Below are positions 54,692 through 64,000 of a stretch of 64,000 bases of DNA, piece after piece. Position 1 is the stretch's first letter. Each line of letters begins with the position of its first letter. The DNA is from Octopus sinensis (taxonomy: Eukaryota). The stretch covers positions 7,316,001 to 7,380,000 of the forward strand of contig NC_043001.1 of NCBI RefSeq assembly GCF_006345805.1, given 5' to 3'. The translations under genes were made by a program, and so were the position numbers. The notes beneath the pieces are model-generated. The model saw only the letters and a list, made by a program, of their open reading frames with translations. It was not told the DNA's origin and ran no database searches.

Positions 54692-55779
54692 TTATTTTCT
54701 TCTTTCAAATTTGCTTCCATTTCTTGCCGAGTGTCTTCCCGACTCCTAGGGCAAAGAAACTCATAATATACATTGGTAGGCCATTAAACTAAACTCAATA
54801 GTTCGTTCATTTTTTTTTAAGTTAAATTAAAATACATGGGTAGTAATAATTTTCACATCGACAATGCTCTTCTCAATAGGTGTGATGTACCAGTTAAGTC
54901 AATCTTTTGCACTTCTTGCAGGAATGGTAAGACAGGGATCATTCTCATATAATTTTCGGTTCCCTTCTTGATCATTCCTAGTGCTCCTACGATCACTGGT
55001 ATTGTAACCGCCTGGAGATGCCACATTTTCTCAATTTCACTGAGTAGGTCTTTATATTTTCTGAGCTTGTCAAACACTTTCGCTGAGATATTATGATATG
55101 TCGATCAATAAGCCAACTTTATTGTTTTGGTCTTTCACAACAATATCTGGTTTATTGGCCTTGATGGTTCGGTCTGTATGTATTATGTATTGGAAAGTCC
55201 CACAGAATGGTTACATTTTCTCCTTCAGTTACAGCCTCAGGGTGGTGATTATACCACTTGTCGGTAGTTTTGATATTGTAATGCCGACTTATTAGCCAGT
55301 GTAGATATTGGCCAACTCTGTCATGTCTTAATTTATACTCCACTGGTGCTAAGACTTTACATCCAGAGATTAGGTGGTCCACTGTTTCAATCATGTCGTT
55401 GCAGAATCGGCATTTTGGGTCTACTCCATTTTTCATCACATTGGCCAGGTAGTTCCGGGTTAATAGGCTTTGATCTTGAGCAGCTTTTAGCCCTGAGCTC
55501 CGTAGCCACTGATGGGTTTGCTTCTGGTCAATATCAGCTTGTTTGCTGCGGGCCACATATTTTCCGTGCAGAGGTTTCTCCTCCCACCTATCAGCCAATT
55601 GCTCGTGCGCTTTCTTCGTTGCCATTATTTTCACCTTCTTTGCAACAATAGTTGCCATACTTCCCCCGGGTTGTTCAGTTTGGGTATCCTGCACGAGATC
55701 AATAGCAATTTTTTTGCTTTCCTTTATGATAGAATGAAGCTTCTTTCGTCTCACGTGATTTTCCACGAGCTTTAGCATC
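54691..55779 (-). mobile_element. 5'-truncated R4/Dong-like retrotransposon (zinc knuckle plus restriction-like endonuclease)
   Basis: WEEKPLHGKY, AAQDQ, CRFC..ETVDHLISGC, RHDRV, ILWDFPI, KPDIVV..LID, KYKDL, IPVIVGALG; 3'UTR homologous to 9131-9190. Confidence 0.93.
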
Positions 55780-56711
55780 AGTCATTCGTTACTTCAAGAT
55801 ATTTGGCCACACATATACAGATAGATAGGTAGGCATACATATATACATGCATGCATACATATATATATAGATATACATAGAGAGAAAGAGAGAGTGATAC
55901 ATACATATATATATAGGTGTGTGTGTGTGTCTGTGTGTATTTGTGTGTGTGTGTGTGTTTGTGTGTGTATGTATATGTGCATATTTGTATATGCACGCGC
56001 GTACACAAATACTAATAAGTGCACGGCATGTACGAAATATTTTTGGCAAAGCACAAATTATCTACACTCCACCCTTCTGTGAGGCGTCGTTTTATAAGTC
56101 GCTGTGAACAACTATACAGGAAATGCAACGTAGAAAATCTGAACAGTATTTGATACTCTATACGATGTACGCATGTTTCAGAGAGTCCACCAGTGTTATG
56201 ATGAAAATAAGCGCATAAAGTTCATATTATATCTGCCACGAGATCTACATAAATACCTCTCTGAAAATGGAAATTCATTTGCTTGATATAAACTCTTGCA
56301 TCAGTCATGCTGAAGATGATCAGGGAAATGAAAAGTATATGATGGATTGGATTTCGTTCTGATCTTTCAACAGCCTCGGAAGGATAAAAAAATAAAAACA
56401 GTATTAAGAATATTTAACATCTCATAAATCAAGTTTGCTGTCCAAGCTTAATTCTTCCTGCTTCAATTAGAGATAAGGTTGTCAAAGGAATTAAGATTAA
56501 AACTAAATGTAACTAGATTCTTCTATAAAATAATGTCCAGTCATTTATAGATTTTTGTTAGGAATGCTAAAACGAAGCAGGAATACCATGTTGGATATTT
56601 GATATAGGCTTTTAAATGATATAGGATACAATGATACCAATTTCATAGACTAAAGTAATAAATTTACTTATTTTACTAATGGAATGTTCGTGGATGTCAC
56701 ATGTAGTAACT

Positions 56712-57781
56712 CAGGTGTGACTATGTTGTAAGAAATTTATTTCCTGGTTCAATCCCATTCCGTGGTACATTCGGTACGTGTCCTCTCTATGGCTTCGGGC
56801 CGACCAAGTCCTTCTGAGTGGATTTCCTAGCATGAAATATGTCTGTTACTGTGTGGGCGTGTGTGTGTTTGTGTGTGTCTGTTTGTCCCCCACTATTGCT
56901 TGACAGCCGACTTCAGTGCTTTTACGTGCGCTTAACTTAGTGGATCGGCAAATATATCGATAGAATAAGGCGGCGAGCTGGCAGAAACGTTAGCGTGCCA
57001 GGCGAAGTGCCTAGTGGTATTTCGTCTGCCGTTACGTTCTGAGTTCAAATTCCGCCGAGGTAGACTTTGCCTTTCATCCTTTCGGGGTCGATAAATTACG
57101 TACCAGTTAAACACTGGGGTCGATGTAATCGACTTAATCCGTTTGTCTGTTCTTGTTTGTCCCCTCTGTGTTTAGCCCCTTGTGGGTAGTAAAGAAATAG
57201 GTATTTCGTCTGCCGTTACGTTCTCAGTTCAAATTCCACCGAGGTCGACTTTGACTTTCATCCTTTCGGGGTCGATTAAATAAGTACCAATTACGCACTG
57301 GGGTTGATATAATCGACTTAATCCGTTTTTCTGTCCTTGTTTGTCCTCTCTGTGTTTAGCCCCTTGTGGGTAGTAAAGAAATAGATATTCTCTCTGCCTT
57401 TACTTAGTAAATACATATAAGGCAGCGAGCTGGCAGAAACGTTAGCATGCCGGGCGAAGTACTTAGCGGTATTTCGTCTGCCGTTAAGTTCTGAGATTAA
57501 ATTCCGTCGAGGTTGACTTTGCCTTTCGTGCTTTCAGGATCGATAAATTAAATACCAGATATGCACTGAGGTCGATGCAATCGACTTAATCCGTTTGTCT
57601 GTCCTTGTTTGTACCCACTATGCTTAGCCCATTGTGGGCAATAAAGAAATAAGAATAATTTTCTTTCTCCCAAAAATATATTATTACAGGACTCAATTCT
57701 TTCGACTAAAAATTCTTCAGGGCACTGCCCCAGCATGACTACAGTCTTAAGACTGATAGAAGCAATACATAAAAGATAAAA
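56712..57781 (+). mobile_element. SINE family B interrupted by family A dimer plus monomer (56969-57650)
   Basis: Family B 5' part ends GATAGAATAAG at 56968, three A units follow, family B tail resumes (CCCCAGCATG..CAGTCTTAAGACTG). Confidence 0.88.
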
Positions 57782-58276
57782 TATTTAGTGCTGTATGGAT
57801 AATATCGTGATGAATCATCGTTGAAAGCCTCGGTCAGTGCGTTGTAATACACTTTCTGTTGGAAACTCAATATATCCAAGAGAAAAGCAATGAACGGATA
57901 TGCTTTCGATAGATCATTCTTAGAAATAAAGCGAAAAAAATGTGTTATGACATATTTTCGTGCTATTCACAAAATATTTTTCTGCTGATATATTTATAAG
58001 GTTAGCAAATTCTTGCATAGTAACATGATGGCAGGGGTTTGGATTTTTTGTGAAAGCAAAGCTTTGCCGTGTATATTCCGAGTAATGTTATAAGAGAAGG
58101 GAATAAATCTTTCAGTTCATTTGAACTTGTAAATTTTAGATCTTAGAAACATGTTCGTTATTCTAATATATTCTATATGTTACTTGTTTCAGTCAAGACA
58201 CTGCTTTGAAAAATTCTTGGTGAGCGAATTGGGCGCAGCAGTCACTATTTTCCAGACTGGTACTTATGCTATCGGA

Positions 58277-58507
58277 AGGCGGAGACCTGGTAGAAACGTT
58301 AGCATGCAGGGCGAAATGCGTAGCCGTATTTCGTCTGCCGTTACGTTCTGAGTTCAAATTCCGCCGAGGTCGACTTTGCCTTTCATCCTTTCGGGATCAA
58401 TAAATTAAGTACCAGTTACGCACTAGTGTCGATGTAATCGACTTAATCCCGTTTGTCTGTCCTTGTTTGTCCCCTCTATGTTTAACCCCTTGTGGGCAAT
58501 AAAGAAA
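58277..58507 (+). mobile_element. SINE family A
   Basis: Complete head, core and type-2 tail. Confidence 0.9.
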
Positions 58508-58675
58508 CATATATTAGAATAGGTCTTCTACGACGGTGTTGTTTATTTAAAAAATTAACTTGCATAAAATGTTTGATAAATTTATATGTACGGAGGGTAT
58601 CTCCTTAATACGATTGTCATCATAATGTTTTCAAATTTTGAAAGAGCCCAAAAAATCGTTTGGTGGGGTGAATCG

Positions 58676-58980
58676 TTTTTGTTTGTTGCTTCTCGAGCCA
58701 TGCCCGGCTCATAAAGGCCGGTTTCCTGGTTTCTTTGGCGTATAGCGTCCCCACCTGGACGGGAAACCGGTCCATCGCAGTTGAGCTGCAAGATGCAGGA
58801 GGAAAGAGTGAGAGAAAGTTGAGGCGAAAGAGTCAGTAGAAGTTCGCCATTACCTTCTGCCGGAGCTGCGAGGAGCTTAGGTGTTTCGCTCATAAACACA
58901 CATCACTCGGTCTGAGATTCGAACCCGCGATTCCTCGACCGCGAGTCCGCTGCTCTAACCACTAGGCCATGTGCCTACAC
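58676..58980 (-). mobile_element. tRNA-derived SINE family D (shares tail with the 25076 copy)
   Basis: Head GGCACATGGCCTAGTGGTTAGAGC, B box GGTTCGAATCTC; tail GCGATGGACCGG..GAAACC.GGAAACCGG..ATGAGCC; TGGTGGG on both flanks. Confidence 0.85.
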
Positions 58981-58999
58981 TGGTGGGTGGGGGGTGAAT

Positions 59000-60508
59000 T
59001 CGACTACATCCACCTCAATGTTTACCTGTTGCTTATTGTATCGACCAATAAATAGAATTCGAACTAAGAATGTAAGGACGAGCTAAGTATTTTTTTGGGC
59101 GTACTGACGATTTTAGAAGCCTGCCGCTTTAAAACAAAAACATGTGTCGATCTTAGTGGAATTTGAACTCCGAACGTAAGAACGGTTGAAATACCGCTAA
59201 AATCTTTGCTGGTTTTGCTATCGATTCTGCCAGATCATCACCTTAGTACGTGGTTCGTCGTAATGCTATTCGTTATATTGCTACGCCTATACATCTTTTC
59301 CGTTAGGAATAATTAATGATGATCTCTCAACGCAATTTTCGATGGTTTACACATATACGTCGTATATTATGCCTCGAAATAGAGTGAAGAATACCGCAAA
59401 TAGATGAAGAAAATATATTTATATAATTCTAATAACTTCAAATTATCTACACCAAAGTTGCATCAATATGTTTCTTTGATTATTAAGTATTTTCACACCG
59501 CACAAATGTCATCGATATTTTGAATTCAGGTGTGTTAAAATAATTTATCCTACCTGATAATGATTCAGAATGCATTACTTCGGTGACTCAAACCAGATTT
59601 ATCCGTTATGTGATGTCATTTCTATTAAACCGTTTACCTATTTTAGTTCAATTCATAATGTCACAAGGCCTGCCATATCGGGGTGGGAGAGTAAGTCGAT
59701 TTCTTCCATCCCCATGCTCAACCGGTATTTATTTTATAGACCCCAAAAATGAAAAGTAATGGAAGCATCGGCAGAATTTGAACACAACATAAAGATGCAT
59801 GAAATGCCGCTGAGCATTTTCCCCTACGCGCTTACGGTTCAGCCAGCTTGCCATTATTGATATATTTAAAATATTCTTTTGTACTCTAGGCAAAACGCCA
59901 GATATTTTTTGGCAGCGGGCCACTAGATTACATCGACCCCAATCCGTAACTGGTACTTAATTTATCGACCCCGACAAAGAGGACCTTTATAAAAGGCAAA
60001 GTGGACCTCTTCAGAATTTAAACGCAGAACGTAAGGACAGACGAAATGCCGCGAATCGTTTCGCCCGGAGTGCTAACGTTTCTGCCAGATTTCTGCGATT
60101 TAAATATTATTTTCTACTCTAGCTACAAGGACCAAAATATTTTAGGCGGAGACCAATCGATTAGATCGACCCCATTACGCAATTGCTACTTAATTTATCG
60201 ACCTCGGAAGCATGAATAGGAGAGTCGACCTCGGCGGAATTTGAACTCAGAACGTACCAGCACGTGAATACCTATTTTTTTACTACCCACAAGGGGCTAA
60301 GCACAGAGAGGACAAACAAGGACAGACAAACGGATTAAGTCGATTATATCCCCCCCCCCAGTGCGTAAATGGTACTTATTTAATCGACCCCGAAAGAATG
60401 GAAGGCAAAGTCGACCACGGAGGAATTTAAACTCAGAACCTAACGGCAGACGAAATACCGCTAAGCATTTCGCCCAGCGTGCTAAAGTTTCTGCCAGCTC
60501 ACCGCCTT
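59000..60508 (-). mobile_element. Cluster of family A SINE copies of mixed age
   Basis: At least five core blocks (about 59040-59240, 59660-59850, 59875-60090 and a 60110-60508 dimer). Confidence 0.82.
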
Positions 60509-61513
60509 ATGTATATTTCAAATATATATTTACTAAGTATAAGTCACTGAAAGAATATTTATATATATATATATATTTGCACACACATCTAAATAAATAC
60601 ATAAACATACACACATACACGCAAGCACACACACACACATATACAGTTCTTGTAAATATAATTCTTAGTTCTGATTGTTTTATATATAAGCATGTTTTTG
60701 TTTCATAGATTTGTTCCCTTGTTATGAAAATAAACATCCATCACGAAGACACAGAGCGAAGAATTTCAGTGGGGCTTGATCGAGTTTATCAGCTACAGAC
60801 TTCATCTACCAAGAATGAACGAGAAAAAAAAATAATGCAAATTTGATCTCCCCATTGATTTATCTCAATCTACATCGCGAAAGGAATGTTGCAAGGGATT
60901 TTAACTTACGCTTGAACGATTCTGCATATTAGTCTACGTCTCTGCTCTACAAATAATGCGAGGAAGTTCAACCTTTTTTATAAATTGAACGGAATTCTTC
61001 CCTTCTTTACGAAATGTTTTCCCGAAAACATTAACGCCTTTCGCGTGTATGATATCTAATAAGGCGTGCTGGAAGTTTACCAATGACGAATAATAGAGAA
61101 GCAGAAATTCAGTCGTATTATTTTATTAGATTTTCTCCGATAAGTAACTCTAATGACAGTTGTTATCAATAATAGTGAGCCAAAGTTATGGTATTCTTAC
61201 TTATCTTTGCTATATTTATACCAATTAAAGAGTAAATTCGTCTCTTGGCGACTAATGGAAGTCTTATCGGTGGTAGCATGAACATAATTTTGCTTCACAT
61301 TACACGTGTCAGTGTTAATATGTTCATTTTTTTTTCTTTTGTTTCTATACCTTTCCAGCAACTGATATATTTATTTTCCAAAAGTAAAATATTTCTATAC
61401 TATCCACGACATTAATACATATATATATATAATGTATATGCTGAGATCTGCATTTGCAGCGGTGATATTAACTTATAAAATTCTAGAGGAAAATAAGCTG
61501 GTTGAGATGCAGG

Positions 61514-61530
61514 CACACACACACACACAC

Positions 61531-61574
<44 letters not shown>

Positions 61575-61830
61575 AACACAAACACACACACACGCATACA
61601 TTTATTTCCTCAAAACGATACAGACATATACTCATATATGTATATATGAATTTATATGTATATATATATATCTAAAAGTATATATGCGTATGTATATATA
61701 TGTATGTGTGTTTATATTTATATGTATGTATATATATACATACATATACATATATTTATATGGGGTCGTGTATGTATATGAATGTGCGTAAGGATATATG
61801 GATATAATGATATATATATATATATATACT
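61514..61830. repeat. (CA)n and (TA)-rich low-complexity tract
   Basis: Directly visible. Confidence 0.9.
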
Positions 61831-64000
61831 CTATGCACAAATATATTTTTATAATTATAAATTTATGTGCATTGTTTTGCGTATTTCGATCCTAAAAATA
61901 TGGTGAAACGCATGCGCTTACGCATATATATAAGTGGTAGCATAATATATGTTATATGTTGAAGGCATCTTTAGGAGTAATAACCGGGCGTTTACTTCTC
62001 CTGGAGACCAGAAACTAAAGTGGTTCAGCTTGAATGTACTTTTGTGCGCGTTTATTTAGTCACTTACTGAAATGCGTTTACTGATGTCATTACATATTTT
62101 CATTTTTTTTTTGTTTTAATATCCTCCATGAAAAATAAACAATAGTATACGGTAGCGTTGCAGGTAAATTACGAGATATGAATGTAAAATATATTTCTGC
62201 GAAATGTTTGAGAGGTCGAATTTTTGGGAATTCAAATCGTGTTTTACTACTCCTGATCATTATGTAGGGAAATAACGTGACGAGGCCGTATAGAAATTGA
62301 AGAGTTTGTCACCACATACTTCATTAATGAATGAATACATACATACATTCATACATACAAAGCTAATTCGAAGACTACGGATACAATCCATCACTGCAAC
62401 TATAAAAATATGTAAAGATTTCCAGGAATATATCATTTAAATATAAAAATGTGCATGTCTATATATGTAACTATATGCATGAGAATACATATATAAAACA
62501 TATATAAACCTGCACATACATGCATACATGCGTACTATTAAATATAGGCAAAAAACGAAGTAAAAACATAAACAAATAGTTGTTATTATTACAATTTAAA
62601 TAGCATATAGTTGATGTGACTATAAAGATGAGAGGAGTGAAGGTGAAATAGGGAATAAAGGTAGGAATACGGAAAAATATAGAAATCAATGTCGCGGAGA
62701 TAAATGAGCAGGGAATGAAATTAGTCAATAGATATAAAGGTTTAATTTATTTATGCATTGATATATATTTTATTTATGTATTGATACAGTAGCTGTGTTT
62801 TAGTATAAATAAAAATGTATTAATAGATAAAAAAAAAACTAACTTAGTATCATGTGAGAGGCATATGCAATGGTTTTAGGGTATTAGTGATATTCAAGTA
62901 ATTGGTGGGTACTGTCAGTTATGTATATAAGAAATGATACGGTTAGAAGGATGCTCATAAGTGTACAAAATATTTATACATGATGTGGGAAAAAATAATC
63001 TTAAAAGGAGAAATGTGTTTGTATATTTACTCATACGTGAGTAGAGGCATATTTGCACATTAGTATATATAGATATTGGAATTCTAGTTGTTGTATGATT
63101 AGGTTATACATAAATACATCCTACAAAATTATAAATATACGGTACAAAGATAGAAGAGGCACACACATAGAAAAAATACACACATATAATAAGTAGTATG
63201 CCTATGTATGCGGAACATACGTATATACGCAAATACACACGTCCATATTAAAAATATATGTTGTTATTAACATGTAGTAAACAAACTCAAATCAATATTT
63301 ATACACACATATATGACTTATAAGGTCCATACCTATATATACACACATGGTTGTAGACATTTTGGGCGCCAAGAAGTACTATATGTGCATACATGTGTGC
63401 ATATATCAGCAGTAAAATATATGTAATTATAAGGTAATATTTAGAATGGGTATATTGAGGGGGGGGGCACGTTATCCAAATAATATAAAGTACAAAAACT
63501 TATAGGTATATTACATAGTAAGTAAAGATAATTTCCTTTATCCTGCCATATATAGAGAAAAAATGTTTTGGGAGATAAAGATAAAGTGATAGCCCTATAT
63601 ATGGTGGGTCATGCAATTGTTAGAAGGAATTGTTTAATAAAAAAGTACAAAGATAGGGTAAGATGTAGTGATGTAATGGGGACGTGATGAGTGATTATAT
63701 TCCATAAAAAGGGTGATATATAGATTTATTTTAAAAGACTAATCTAAACAAGAAAAGAGTGAAGAATTATTTAAGATTGATTAATAGGAATTTGGTCATG
63801 TGTTTACATGACTAAACTTTTCTATCGCTAGTACTAAGCAAATTTCCATACGTTCTTATGTTATAGTTTTCCTCCAAACACAACCTATAAATGTTATTAT
63901 TTCTGTAAGAGGGGGCAGAAGATAGGATTTTCCAAGAGATGGAGAAATCAGTATTATTTCTTTTGAGGTTCCAAATTCTTTTACATAGACTTGTACTATT

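Noticed and set aside
58905-58978. tRNA gene (also heads at ~11000-11064, 25265-25333, 27865-27928)
   Set aside because: A/B boxes present but no complete cloverleaf; continuous with SINE bodies

Overview
AT-rich, microsatellite-dense animal genomic DNA. The tRNA-derived SINE families resemble those of octopus/cephalopod genomes (inference, not searched). No intact host protein-coding gene is evident; most short ORFs are translations of simple repeats. The window is dominated by transposable elements: a near-complete DD34D mariner (1424-2716), three further Tc1/mariner relics, three R4/Dong-like non-LTR retrotransposon relics that each end in (TAA)n, two APE-type LINE 3' fragments, several Penelope-like element (PLE) pieces (RT, GIY-YIG endonuclease, termini) and about 30 SINE copies from 3-4 families. 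The main findings are: (i) six minimal type-I hammerhead-ribozyme-like motifs in PLE-like termini, five ending at TA repeats, one apparently intact and two families with non-canonical cores; (ii) a PLE that may carry a ~1.5 kb CA-rich 3' region; (iii) a SINE-LINE shared 3' tail with a covarying stem-loop; (iv) SINE head/tail module swapping; (v) a perfect 44-bp templated insertion inside a transposase relic. Boundaries of degraded elements are approximate.
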